Positions 37,961 through 50,335 of a stretch of 64,000 bases of DNA are shown piece after piece; position 1 is the first letter of the stretch; each line of letters opens with the position of its first letter. This DNA is from Prorocentrum cordatum (taxonomy: Eukaryota). A model generated the notes under the pieces. The model saw only the letters and a program-made list of their open reading frames with translations. It was not told the origin of the DNA and did no database searches. The translations under genes and the position numbers were made by a program. Where the stretch lies: positions 372,001 to 436,000 of the forward strand of contig CAUYUJ010000003.1 of the NCBI GenBank assembly GCA_963575745.1. Reading direction: 5' to 3'.

Positions 37961-39556
37961 AGCTGCTTTACTCTTTGGTGGCCTGGGTTCGTATGTGTTC
38001 TGGGCAGGTTGTGAGGGTGTCTCGAGCGAGACGCTGCTTTCATAGCAAAGCGTGGGGGTGTGCGAAATGCTGGCATGAGGAGGAGGAAGAAGAAGCGGAG
38101 GAGGAAGAGGAAGACGGAAGAAGCGGGGGGGGGTGCTGACGGAACGTGAGGTGAGACGGGAGAGGAGGATGTGCGATCAGGCAGATTGAATGGATGCCTC
38201 GAGCGAGGCGCTTGCTGCAGCACCCCAAGGGGGAGCCGCCAGAGCGGGCGTTACTTAGGCGCTTCCGCCTCACCTCCCTCCTCCCCCATCCTTTTCCTCC
38301 TTCAGACACGCACTCAGACACGCATTCACCCTCAACCACAGTCAGGCCCACTCATACCTGCATTCTTTCACATTCAGATTCACACTCGGGCTCAATCATA
38401 CTCAGACTCAATCACACTCGGACTCGCAATCAGACTCATTCCCGCTCAGGCTCATCATGCCGACATGCGCTCAAACTCGGACCCCGATCACGCTCAGACT
38501 CACACATACTCACCCCTCATCATGAGGAAGAAAGAGGTCCCTCCTTCCGCTGGTCATCATTCTCCTCCTCCTCCTCCTCCTCTTGCTCCTCCTCCTCCTC
38601 CTGCCCTCCTCCGGAGGACGAGCAGGGACAGCTGCCCCTCATCATCATCCCGCCGTGCCTCGTCTTCCCCTGCATGCCCGTGCGCCTCTTCGCTCCTTTC
38701 TCCTCCCAGGGAAGAGTGTGGGAGTGATGCGGGTCAGGTTCGTGTCGTGACGACGTGGCCGCTGGCTTTTTATGACGCAGGTCGCTGCTCCCGACTGCAC
38801 AGGTCACTCGATGTCGGCCGACCCCAGCCGACTGGCGGCGTTCAGCCCTGAACGCCTGCCATGAGGCCGCCGCCGCGTCGACAGGGCACGAGCCTACCGT
38901 ACCTCTGGCCAGCAGGGCGGAGCGGAAGGGGGGGGGGGGGGGGAAGGCCCCTCCCCTCAAGCCTCCTGCCGCTGCCCCTGCCCCCCAAACCCTGAGACAC
39001 AGAGATTGAGAAGGAAGGAGAAGAGAGGGGGGGGGGGGGGCGGCGGCCCCCCGCAGTCCAACTGCTCGTCCTGCTACTGCCCATCCTCCTTGAAGGATCG
39101 GGGGATGACCGTCATCCTCACACTACTCTTGCGCCTCATTCCCCCCCCCATTCTCAGGAGGAGGAGGAGGAGGAGGAGGAGGAGGAGGAGCAGGAGGGAA
39201 GGAGACCATGCGGGAGACCCTACGAGAGACCATATGGGAGACCATACCATACAGCAGACCGCAAGGGAGACCATATGGAAGACCATCTGGGCGACCATGC
39301 GGAAGACCATACGGGAGACCGTTCTGGGCAATCTGCCTTGGAGAAACAGACAGCAAAAGGGGGGACGTAATCACGGCCGGCTTCCAAACAATCCGAATAT
39401 CCCAAGTAGCCAGACATCCGCGCACGCAGCGTTGCCCTCATGCGAAGGATAACCTCGCACTGATGCAAGCATGTGCGTACTCAGCCGAGGTGAAAAACCG
39501 TATCACCTCCTAGCCATCCCGCAGCAGAGTCACTCACGAGAATCGGCAGTCGCAGC

Positions 39557-39643
39557 CTTCCTCCTCTTGGCCAGCTCACCCTCGAGCTCGACGACGCGGC
39601 CCCTCGCAGCCTCAGACTCGCCCCGGAACTTGGACACGTGCTC
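39557..39643 (-). CDS. Coiled-coil repeat gene, exon A5 (EHVSKFRGESEAARGRVVELEGELAKRRK)
   Basis: 87 nt, CAG acceptor, AAG|GCTGCG (GC) donor. Confidence 0.75.
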
Positions 39644-39923
39644 CTGTCACAAGCGGGGCGGCATGGCAAGGGAGCACGGCACAACACAGGCCTGTGAATA
39701 CTAAGGCTTCCCTGCCATGAAGCATATATCAGAATCGAGGTAAGCTTTCTACTTCCAATCACCCTTCAAACGCTCGAGATCCAAATTATCCTCGACACTT
39801 TCATTTACGGCATCCCCCATTTCGCTCCTGCCCCCCTCCTCCCCTCCCCGTCTCGATTGCCATTGTTTACTGTTCCCCCTCCACTGATGCATGAGACACG
39901 CAGAGCATAGAGCAAAGCTGGTC

Positions 39924-40037
39924 CTCCAATTCAGCAGCCTTGGCCCTTGCCTCCTCGGCATCTCCCGAAAGCCGAGATTGTGCCGATTCCATCTTCGCAA
40001 CCTCGGCCTCGAACGCCTTTGCAGCGGAGCTGCAAGA
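39924..40037 (-). CDS. Coiled-coil repeat gene, exon B5 (SCSSAAKAFEAEVAKMESAQSRLSGDAEEARAKAAELE)
   Basis: 114 nt, pyrimidine tract plus CAG acceptor, GAG|GACCAG donor. Confidence 0.75.
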
Positions 40038-40484
40038 CTGAGCAGAAGAGAAAGCACTAGGCTTGGGAGGGATCCAACACGACATGGAGGACATCCACAC
40101 AATTCATTTTAGTTGGCAGACGTCGTGATTGTAGGTGCAGCGTCGGCGCGATTGGCATGCTACGGGCGAGAGAGAGAGAGAGAAGAAGCGAACACAAGAC
40201 AAGTAGAGAGCGCATGACAGAGAGTGAGAAAGAGTGAGAGAGAGAGAGACAGAACGAGAACACTAATGTCATCGAGAGAACGTGAGCATAGGGAGGGAGG
40301 GAATACGAAGCAATCACCAACACATCTATTTAGCAACAGTGAGAGCTCCTCAAACAGTCAACTCGAACCGCACGCTGTAGTCTGCACTAAAACAATATGC
40401 GACATCGCACTGCTGCAATCATGCGCGTACCCACATGACAGACCGTAGCAAACCTTGGCCACCCCGCAATACATACAGTCAATC

Positions 40485-41575
40485 CGTATGATAAAAGCGC
40501 ATGGTCAGGATGCAAGGGCCTTGGAGGGCCATATCAACGTTATTCGACCGAGATTGGCCAGCGAAAGTCGCTAAGGATGGGCCGAAGGGGCAGGGATGCA
40601 AGGGCAGCCTTCGAAAACTGCTCATCCTTACTATGCGGGTTGACTGTGGATGATGACAAAGCCAAGATTAGGACAAAAGCTGGTGAGGATAAATCGAGGA
40701 TCTCTGAGATTTGGCGGTTCTGGAGGATGTCTCGAGCGCCGCGGCCTTCTCAAAGCGTTCTGGAACGCTCTGAGGGCGTTCTGGAACGGCTCTGGTACAG
40801 ATTTATCCTCGTCTTAGCCCCGCCCGATAGATGCGACTCACAGAGCTCAGCACTCGCGTCCTTCCGACTCTTGGCCAATTCGTCCTCGAGCTCGGCGACG
40901 CGCCCCCTGTCAGTGCTGGACTCTTCCCCGAACTTCGCCACCTGCTCCTGGCAGAAAAATGGACGACACTAAAAGCAAGGGCGCCTCGCGCTTCGCGATG
41001 CGCGAATAGCTTCGCACTCTCGCGCCGCTCCCCGTGGAAGAAGTGGAGGACGAGGAGGAATCGGAGGCGAATCGCTAACAAAAATCGCGCCGTCGAGGGC
41101 GCCCTTGTTCAAGGGAAGCCAACACAACTTGGGTCTGCCAGAGCTCAGGCAACTCGACCCTCAAGCCTGTATCCTCTCCGCCCTCGTCTTATCTGAGACC
41201 ACTTGCTTCCACATGCTCCAAGACAGGCGCCCCTCGTCATCCTCGTGCTTTGTACGGTTCACCCGTATAATACGGATGCGCGGCAAGGATGCAAGGGCCT
41301 TGGAGGGCCATATCAACGTTATTCGAACGAGATTGGCAAGCGAAAGTCGCTAAGGATGGGCCGAAGGGGCAGGGACGCAAGGGTAGCTTTGGAAAACTGC
41401 TCATCCTTACTATGCGGGTTGACTGTACATTAAGACGAAGCCAGGACCAGGATAACTTCGGGTGAGGATGAATCGAGGATGTCTGAGATCTGGCGGTTCT
41501 GGGGGATATCTAGGGCGCTGCGGCCTTCTCAGAGCGTTCCGGAACGCTCTGAGGGCGTTCTGGCACTTTCTGAGG
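40485..41575. repeat. ~310-bp direct duplication (about 40485-40795 and 41265-41575) flanking exon A6
   Basis: GGATGCAAGGGCCTTGGAGGGCCATATCAACGTTATTCGA...GAAAACTGCTCATCCTTACTATGCGGGTTGACTGT is in both copies. The distal part also resembles 21475-21570. Confidence 0.9.
40861..40947 (-). CDS. Coiled-coil repeat gene, exon A6 (EQVAKFGEESSTDRGRVAELEDELAKSRK)
   Basis: 87 nt, CAG acceptor, AAG|GACGCGAGT donor. Confidence 0.75.
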
Positions 41576-41599
41576 GCGTTGTGGACAGTCCAGGCGTTC

Positions 41600-41755
41600 T
41601 TAGAAAGTTGCTCATCCTTCGGCTTCGCCTCCTCCGCCCTCGCGTCCCATCCTCGCCCGCACTGTCCGCAAGCTGGTGGTGCCCCCTTGCGCGTGCGCGA
41701 CGGACGCAGCCACGAACTCACGGCCTCGACCGCCCTCGCAAGCGCCACTGCAACG
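41600..41755 (-). pseudogene. Possible degenerate B-like exon (RCSGA / ARAVEAVSS...AEEAKPK)
   Basis: CAG|CGTTGCAGT start resembles B exon starts, but it needs a 1-nt frameshift and an insertion to align. Confidence 0.3.
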
Positions 41756-44700
41756 CTGGCGTGGATGGGGAGACGAGTCCTCGCATCCTCGCCCTCATCG
41801 TCCTCCACCTCCTCCTCGTCGTCGTCCACCTCCTCGTCCTCCTCCTCTCCTCCTCTTCGTCATCCTCTTCTCGTCGTCCTCCATCTCCTCGTCCTCCTCC
41901 TCGTCCTCGTCCCTCACCTCCTCCTCCTCCTCTTCCTCCTCCTCCTCCTCCTCCTCCTCCTCCTCCTCCTCGTCCTACTCGTCCTCCTCCTCGTCGTCCT
42001 CCTCGTCCTTCTGGCCCCCGCCAATTGGGAGGCGTATGACGCGACGAGGAAAGCGGCACCGCGTATTGACAGGCACACGCGCACAGAGCCGACGGAATCC
42101 TGGGCGACGGCGCGCCCGCCCCGACGGGAGCGGCTCGCCGCGAGGGAAAGACGAAGAGGAGAGGGATCAGGAGGAGGAGGAGAAGGAGGATTGGACGCTC
42201 CTCAAGGAGGGAGACAGGGAGAGTTAGAGATCCTGGCCACGGAAAAAAACCCTGCGCAAGCACCGTCGGAGAGGAACTTGTTGTCACCATGGCTGGGGGG
42301 CGCCATCTCAGCCAGGGGCCCGCGGCAGGTGCTTGCCCAGGTAAAAACCCGTTAGACCAGATCTTCCTCGTCGAGCGGGTCGGGGTCGCGCCGCTGAGCC
42401 ACTCGGCCGAGCTGCCGAGCCCGCTCTTCGTTCAAACCAAAACATTGGCAGACAGCCTGGAGGCAGAGGACGGACTGGCCCGCAAACCTGGGAGCCCTCC
42501 AAAAACATTCCGTCGTGATTTCTGTCATGACTAAAGGAGGTCTGGGCCCGGCCAGGAGGAGGGCCCGGAGGGTCTGCCGGAGACGGGAGGAGCAGGGGGC
42601 CGCCCCCCCCCCCCCCCCCCAATGGGAGCCGACGCCGACGGGGCTCTGGGTCCTCCGCCTTCCACACCCGCGTGCTCGTCCTCGTCCTCTGTCCTTCGAC
42701 GCCTCGTCTCCTGCTCTGCACTCGTGCATTCGCCCCTGGCTGTCCTCCCCTCCCGCCCCCTTGCCTCCTCTCCCCACCCTCCCTCCACAACCTCTCTGTA
42801 CATGACACGCGTCGGCGGACAGGGAACAAATCAGCGCAGTGGGAAGATGGGTGTGAGGAGTGAAAGGTAATTATGGCGCGGGCCCACCTGGCTTGCGATG
42901 GATGCTACCACCTTCTCTCCGCTGAGGGTGGTCGCGGAAGAACCCGCGCCCCTCCGGGCACGGCTTTCCGTACCACACAAGATGTCAATCATTTGTCCTT
43001 CCTGTGGTTGTTTCAATCGGAACGTTTTCGGCGCTTCGAATCGATGTTGTCGCTGCAGCGTTGGCCGCATGCTAGGATCGGCATTTTGCTCCCACCGTTG
43101 AGAAAAGCGCTCTCGCCCGAGCGCAGGCCACTTGTCTGTATCCGAGTCACTGCTCATCGTTGTCGCTCCCATTCTTTCCCCTCCTCTGCCTCCCCCTGGT
43201 CCTTCTGTTCCTCCCGCTCCTTCTGCTCCAGCTCTTGCTGCTGCTGTTCGTCCTCTTCCTCCTCTTTCATCATCCACCTCCTTCTCCTCCTTTTGCTCAT
43301 CCACCACCTCCTCCTCCACATCCAATGTACGCTGCTCCAAAGTCCGAATGCGCAACACACGAAGGGTTCATCGTTGGAACTCCAGGTCCGCTGAGACATG
43401 CGTCGGCGGACAGAGAAAGGGGGGAGGCCCCGAGTAAAAGTACCGCTTGAGCGGGGTGGGGCACGTCGGGGGCGGCGCTGCGCTGCGATCGCCACTGTAT
43501 ACGCGCGAGCACCAGCATGGAGGGGAAGGTCCAACCCCCTCCCACTACGTTCGATGGTTTCCGTTCCAGGGGGGGGTGGGGGGGGGGGAGGCGACGGTTA
43601 CGCGCCAAATAATACAGACAAGTCAATCCCGGGGTAGGATGCCAGATTATGGCGCGAACGAACCTACGGTCGGCAACTTCTTCTTAGCGTGTCGCGGCGG
43701 CGGCCCCAGCGACACACTATGTCCTGCAAGGGGATAGCGTGTTGCTCCGCTCCGCGGGGCGGGAGGCTGGGGAATGCTCGGGGCGTTGACGCTAGAGGTC
43801 CAGGAAGTGGATAGCGTATCGCTCCGAAGCGTGGTGGGCCAGAACCCGCGTTGCGACACGCTAAGCCACGGTTCCCGACCGTAGCTTGCCTTTCACCAGG
43901 ACGAGCTTTATCCTGAGTCGTGTTCTGACAGTCCTGGGGCCCGCGGAGGGCCCTAGGAGCCCGAAAGTGGCGGAAAGCCTTCATGGCGAGCCGTCCCTCA
44001 ATGGCGGGCCTGTTCCTTCGTGGCGAGCCTCCTCTTCCAAGGCGAACCTGCAGGACCCCCTTCCTCTGGTTGAGGGGCAATGATAGGGGAGGGCTGGCAT
44101 AAGAGGGGAAACATTGACCTGGAATCGGCAATACGTTGCCAACAGGTTGGCGAAGGGCCCCCGATCGCAAACCCCGACGTTCCTGGGCTGGGTGGGGCTA
44201 TCGGGCCCCCATCGGCGATGAGTGGACGCTTGGGAATCGATGCATCCCCCCCTATGCCTGTCCCCCCCGCCCTAGCGTTACCTCTCCATTTGGACGCCTG
44301 GGTTACTCAGGATAACTGCGGTCCAGGGTAACTCTAGTTTGGGCCCCCGAGGCGCGACTCTGTAGCTACCCCTGACTACCCCCAACCCAGATGATTCGCG
44401 AATGTTGGACGCCCGAGATATCCGGGATAATTGCGGTCCGGGGTAACTCTGGATTGGGCCCCCGGGGCGCGAATTTGTAGCTATCCCTGACCACCCCCAG
44501 TCCGAATGCTTCGGAGATCTGATCCACGGCGACCCGGCGTTCAGTCGCGGCGACCCGGCATTCAGTCGGGCTGATGGACTCCGGAACGTTAGATGAAGGA
44601 CAAAAGCCCCCTCTCTGGCACCAGAGGAGAAACTGGGCGCACGAGGAAGACCAGGAGAGCAGCCACGGAATGACCTAAGGAACAGCGACCCCCTTCCGAA

Positions 44701-44769
44701 CCCAAAGAGGTCCCTGGCCCAAAGGGCGCATGCAATGCGCGTCCGCCCCGCGGCTCCGCCTTGAGCGAA

Positions 44770-45241
44770 GGGTAATCGCCTCCCCTCTGGGGGGGACAGG
44801 CTTGAACCCAAAAGGGAACCGGAGGAGGTGAGGTCCCCCCCCGATCACTCAGAGCGGTCACCATCTGAGCGTCTTGACAAAACGCGAGAATGATGATTCG
44901 AAGCTCTCGTCGTAGTCGTCGTCGTCAGTCGTCGTCGTCGTCGTCGTCCTCCTCGGAGTCCTCCGTCGTCGTAATCGTCGTCCTCGTCATCGTCGTCCGT
45001 GGTCGTCGTCGTCGTCGTCGTCCATCGTGGTCGTCGTCCGTCGTCGGCCGTCGTCGTCGTCGTCGTCGAGGTCGACGTCGTCCGTCGTCGTCGTCATCGT
45101 CGTCGCAGTCGTCGTCCTCCGTCGTCGTCGCCGACGTCGTCGTCCGTCGTCGTCGTCGTCGTCGTCCGTCGTCGTCGTCGTCCGTCGTCGTCGTCGTCGT
45201 CGTCGTCGTCCGTCGTCGTAGTCCACGGTCGTGGTTGTCGT

Positions 45242-45297
<56 letters not shown>

Positions 45298-45663
45298 CGT
45301 CGTCGTCGTCGTCGTCGTCGTAGGTCGTCGTCGTCGTCGTCGTCCATCCTCGACGTCGCCTTCGTCGTCAATCGTCCGTCGTCGCCGTCATCGTCGTGGT
45401 CATCCGTCGTCGTCGTCGTCGTCGTCGTCCGTCGACCGTCGTCCGTCGTAGTCTTCGTCGTCGTCGTCCTCATATCTCAGCGTCTTGAGCCCCTCTGGGG
45501 GGGACGTGGCTTGAGCCCAAAAGGGATACGGAGGAGGTGAGGTCCCCCCCCCGATCACCGAGAGCGGTAACTATCGCAGCGTTTTGACACGCCGCAGCCC
45601 TGATGATTGGGAGCTCTCGTCGTAGTCGTCGTCGTCCGTCGTCGTCGTCGCCGTCGTCCGTCG

Positions 45664-45719
<56 letters not shown>

Positions 45720-48440
45720 CGTGATCGTTATCGTCGTCGTCGTCCGTCGCCGCCGTCGTCGTCGTCCGTCGTCGTCGTCCGTCGTCGTCGTCGTCGTCAT
45801 CGTTAACGTCGTCGTCCGTTGTCGTTGTTGTCATCGTTGCTGTTGTTGTTTTCCGTTGTTGTCGTCGTCGTCATCGCCGTCGTTGTCATCGTCGTCGTCG
45901 TCGTCCGTCGTCGTCGGCCACGGTCGTGGTCGTCGTCGTCATCGTCCTCCGTCGTCGACGTCGTCGTCGTCTGTCGTCCTCGTCGGCGTCGTCGTCCGTC
46001 GTCATCGTCGTCGTCGTCGTCCGTTGTCATCGTCGTCGTCGTCCGTCGTCGTCGTCGTCGTCACCAGTCGTCGTCGTCGTCGTCGTCGTCGTCCGTCGTC
46101 GGCGGCGTCGTCGTCGTCTTTTATCCCCGTCGTCGTCGTTGTCGGCGTCGTCCGTCGTCGTCGACGTCGGCGTCGCCGTTGTCGTCCGTCGTCCGTCGTC
46201 ATCTTCGTCGTCGTCGTCGCCCGTCGTCGTCGTCTTTGTCCTATCTCAACGTCTTGAGCCCCTCTGGGACGGGACGTGGCTTGAGCCTAAAAGGGATACG
46301 GAAAAGGTGCGGAAACCCCCTATCACCCAGAGCGGTCACAGTCCCAGCGTCTTGACAAACCGCAGCCCTGATGATTCGAAGCTCTCGTCGTCGTCGTCGT
46401 CCGTCGTCTTCCGTCGTCGTCGTCGTCCGTCGTCCGTCGTCCGTCGTCGTCGGCGTCGCCCGTCGTCGTATGCGTCGTCGTCGACGTCGTCCGTGGTCAT
46501 CGTCGTCGTCCGTCGTCCCCGTCGTTCTCGGTCGTCGTCATCGTCGTCGTCGTCCGTCGTCCTCGTCGTCGTCCATCTTCGTCGTCGTCGTCGTCGTAGC
46601 CCATCGTCGTCGTCGTCGTCCGTCGTCGGCGGCGTCGTCGTCCGTCGTCTCCATCGTCGTCGTCGTCGTCGTCGTCGTCGGCGTCGTCGTCGTCGTCGGT
46701 CGTCCGTCGTAGTTTTCGTCGTCGCCGTCTTCGTCATCGCCGTCTTCGTCGTCGTCGTCGCCCGTTGCGTCGTCGTCCTATCTCAGCGTCTTGAGCCCCT
46801 CTGGGAAGGGACGTGGTTTGAGCCAAAAAGAGATACGGAAGAGGTGAGGTCCCCCCCCTATCACCCAGAGCGGTCACGCCATCAGCGTCTTGACAAACGG
46901 CAGCCCTAATGATTCAAAGCTCTCGTCGTCGTCGTCGTCACCGTCCGTCGTCGTCGTCATCGTCGTCCGTCGTCGTCTGTCGTCGTCGTCGCCTCCGTTG
47001 TCCGTCGTCGTAGTCATCGTCTTCGTCCGTCGTCCTCGTCGTCGTCGTTGTCGTCGTCCGTCGTCGTCGTCGTCGTCGTCGTCGTCCGCCGTCGTCGTCG
47101 TCGTCGTCTTCGTCGTCGTCGTCCGTCGACGTCGTCATCGTCGTCGTCGTCCGTCGGCGTCGTCGTCGTCCGTTATCGTCGACGTCGTCGTCGTCCTTGT
47201 CCGTCGTCGTCGTCGACGTCGTCCGTCTTCGTCCTCCGTCGTCGTCGTCGTCCTCGTCCGTCACTCTCATCGTCGCCCATCGTCGTCGTCGCGCCGTCGT
47301 CCGTCGTCGTCGTCTTCGGCGTCGTCGTCGTCGTCCGTCGTCGTCGTCGTCGTCGTCGTCGTCCGTCGTGGTCGGCGTCGTCGTCGTCATCGTCCGTCGT
47401 TTACGTCGGCAACGTCGTCAATCGTCGTCGTCCATCGTCGTCGTCCGTCTTCGTCGGCGTGGGCGTCGTCGCCCGTCGTCGTCATCGTCAGTCGTCGCCG
47501 TCGTCCGTCGTCCGTCGTCGGCGTCGTCGTCGTCGTCGGTCGTCTCCGTCAACGTCGTCGTCGCCGTCGTCGTCCATCGTCGTCGTCGTCGTTGCTGTCC
47601 GTTGTCGTCTTCGTGATCGTCGACGCCCGTCCTCGTCGCCGTGAACGCCCTATTTTTGCATCTTGAGCCCCTCGGGGGGGGGGGGGGGCGTGGCTTGAGC
47701 CGTCGTCGTCGTCGTCGTCGTCGTCCGTCGTTGTCGTCATCGTCGTCGTCGTCATCGTGGGCAGCCTCGTCGTCGGCCTCGTCCGTCGTCGTCGTCGTCG
47801 TCGTCGTCGTCCGTTGTCGTCCACGTTCGTCGTCGTCGTCGTCCTCCTCGTCCTCCGTCGTCGTCGTCGGCGTCGTCGTCGTCCGTCGCCCTCGTTGTCG
47901 TAAATCGGCGTCGTCATCGTCGTCGTCGTCGTCCGCGTCGTCATCGACGTCGTTGTCGTCCGTCGATGTCGTCGTCGTGCGTCGTCGTCCGTCGTCGTCG
48001 TCGTCATCGTCGCCCGTCGTCGTCGTCGTCGTCCGTCGTCGCCGTCGTCTACGGTCGTCGTCGTCGCCGTCCTCCTTCTCCTCCGTCGTAGTCGTCGTCG
48101 TCGTCGTCGTCCGTCACTCTCGTCGTCGCCCATCGTCGTCGTCGCGCCGTCGTCCGTCGTCGTCGTCGTCGGCGTCGTCGTCGTCGTCCGTCGTCGTCGT
48201 CGTCGTCCGTCGTGGTCGGCGTCGTCGTCGTCATCGTCCGTCGTCTCCGTCGGCAGCGTCGACGACGTCATCTGTCGTCGTCGTCGTCGTCCGCCGTCCG
48301 TCGTCGTCGTCTTCGTCGTCGTCGTCGTCGTCGTCGTCCGTCGTCCGTCGTCGTCGTCGTCGTCCGTCGTCTTCGTCGGCGTCGTCGTCGTCCGTCGTCC
48401 GTCGCCGTCTTTGTCGTCGTCGTCGCCCGTCGTCCGTCGT

Positions 48441-48481
<41 letters not shown>

Positions 48482-48889
48482 CGTCGTCCGTCGTCGTCGT
48501 CGTCGTCGTCGTCCGCCGTCTTCGTCGGCGTCGTCGTCGCCGTCGTCCGTCGTCCATCGACGTCGTCGTCACCGGTCAACGTCGTCCTCCGTCGTCTCCG
48601 TCGGCGTCGTCGTCGTCATTGTCGTCGTCCGTCGTCGTCGTCGTCGTCGTCGTCGTCCGTCGTCCGTCGCCGTTTTCGTCGTCGTACTCGTCCGTCGTCG
48701 TCGTCGTCCTATCTCAGCGTCTTGAGCCCCTCTGGGGGGGGGGGTCATGGCTTGAGCCCAAACGGGATACGTCGGAGGTGAGGTTCTCCCCCCTCTTACC
48801 CAGAGCGGTCACTATCTCAGCGTCTTGACAAACCGCAGCCCTGATGATTCGAAGCTCTCGTCGTAGTCGCCGTCGTCGTCTTCCTCGTC

Positions 48890-48922
<33 letters not shown>

Positions 48923-49716
48923 TGGTCGTCGTCGTCGTCCGTCGTCTTCCGTCGTCGTCCGTCGTCGTCGTCGTCGTCGTCGTCGTCCGTCGTCGTCGTC
49001 GTCGTCGTCCGTCGTCGTTGGCGCCGTCGCCGTCGTTCGTGGTCTCCGTCGTCTCCGTCGTCGTCGTCGTCCATCATCGTCGTCGTCGTCACCTTCCGTC
49101 GTCGTCGGCGTCGGCGTCGTCGTCGGCGTCTTCCGTCTTCCGTCTCAGTCCGCCGTCGTCGTCGTCTTCCGTTGTCGTCGGCGTCGTCGTCGTCGTCCGT
49201 CGTCGTTGTCCGTCGTCCGTCGTCTTCGTCGCCGTCGTCGCCCGTCGCCGTCGGCTTTCTATATGAGCGTCTTGAGCCCCTTTGGGGGGCTGCGGGGGGA
49301 CGTGGCTTGAGCCCAAGAAGGGTAAGGTGAGGTCCTCCATCATTAAACAGAGCGGTCACTATCCTAGCGCCTTGACAAACCGCAGCCCTGATGATCTCGT
49401 CGTAGTCGCCGTCGTCGTCTTCCTCATCCGTCGTCGTCGTCGTCGTCCGTCGTCGTAGTCGTCGTCGTCATCGTCGTCCATGGTCGTCCGTCGTCGGCGT
49501 CCGTGGTCGTCCGCCGTCGTCGTCGTCGTCGTTGTCGTCGTCGTCTCTGTCGGCGGCGTCGTCGTCGTCGTAGTCGTCCGCCCTCCGTCGTCGTCGTCGT
49601 CGTCGTCGTCGTCCGTTGTCGTCGTCGTCGTCCGCCGTCGTCGTCGTCGCCGTCCGTCGTCGTCATCGTCGTCGTCTCCGTCGGCGTCGTCGTCGTCATG
49701 TTCGTCGTCCGTCGTA

Positions 49717-49749
<33 letters not shown>

Positions 49750-50335
49750 CGTCGTCCGTCGCCGTCTTCGTCGTCGTAGTCGTCCGTCGTCGTCGTCGTC
49801 CTATCTCAGCGTCTTGAGCCCCTCTGGGGGGGGGGGCATGGCTTGAGCACAAACGGGATACGTCGGAGGTGAGGTCCTCCCCCCTCTTACCCAGAGCGGT
49901 CACTATCTCAGCGTCTTGACAAGCCGCAGCCCTGATGATTCGAAACTCTCGTCGTCGTCGTCGTCCGTCGTCGTAATCGTCGTCGTCGTCGTCGTCGTCC
50001 GTGGTCGTCGTCGTCGTCCGTCGTCTTCCGTCGTCGGCGTCGTCGTCGTCGGCGTCTTCCGTCTTCCGTCTCAGTCCGTCGTCGTCGTCGTCGTCGTCTT
50101 CCGTCGTCGTTTGATGCGTCGTCGTCCGTCGTCGTCGTCCGTCGTCCGTCGTATTCGTCGTCGTCGTCGCCCGTCGTCGTCGTCTTCCTATATGAGCGTC
50201 CTGAGCCCGGGGCAGCGGGGGGAGGTGGTTTAAGCCCAAGGGGGGTACGGAGGAGGTGAGGTCCTCCATCATTAACCAGGGCGGTCACTATCTCAGCGTC
50301 TTGACAAGTCGCAGCCCTGATGATTCGAAGCTCTC
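44770..50335 (-). repeat. Array of nine ~150-bp DinoSL-like units separated by variable (GTC)n tracts
   Basis: Units at about 44770-44908, 45471-45618, 46241-46386, 46778-46924, 47650-47701 (truncated), 48709-48858, 49259-49397, 49801-49950 and 50188-50335. Confidence 0.9.

Noticed and set aside
38690..38910. Unique-looking segment between low-complexity tracts as a possible exon
   Set aside because: Acceptor-like sites exist on both strands, several frames contain stops and no homology was recognised.
45480..45540. Functional SL RNA gene cluster
   Set aside because: The SL-like sequence has substitutions in the core and is followed by CCAC, not a GT/GC donor and SL intron.
49890..49950. 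Hammerhead-ribozyme-like core CTGATGA-TTC-GAAA in array units, with upstream AGAGC able to pair with GCTCT
   Set aside because: Helix II is absent, most copies read GAAG rather than GAAA, and I could not form helix I or an NUH cleavage site. An Infernal or RNAMotif hammerhead search would settle it.
44770..50335. CRISPR-like repeat/spacer layout
   Set aside because: Repeats are ~150 bp, spacers are related (GTC)n tracts hundreds of bases long, there are no cas genes and the context is eukaryotic.
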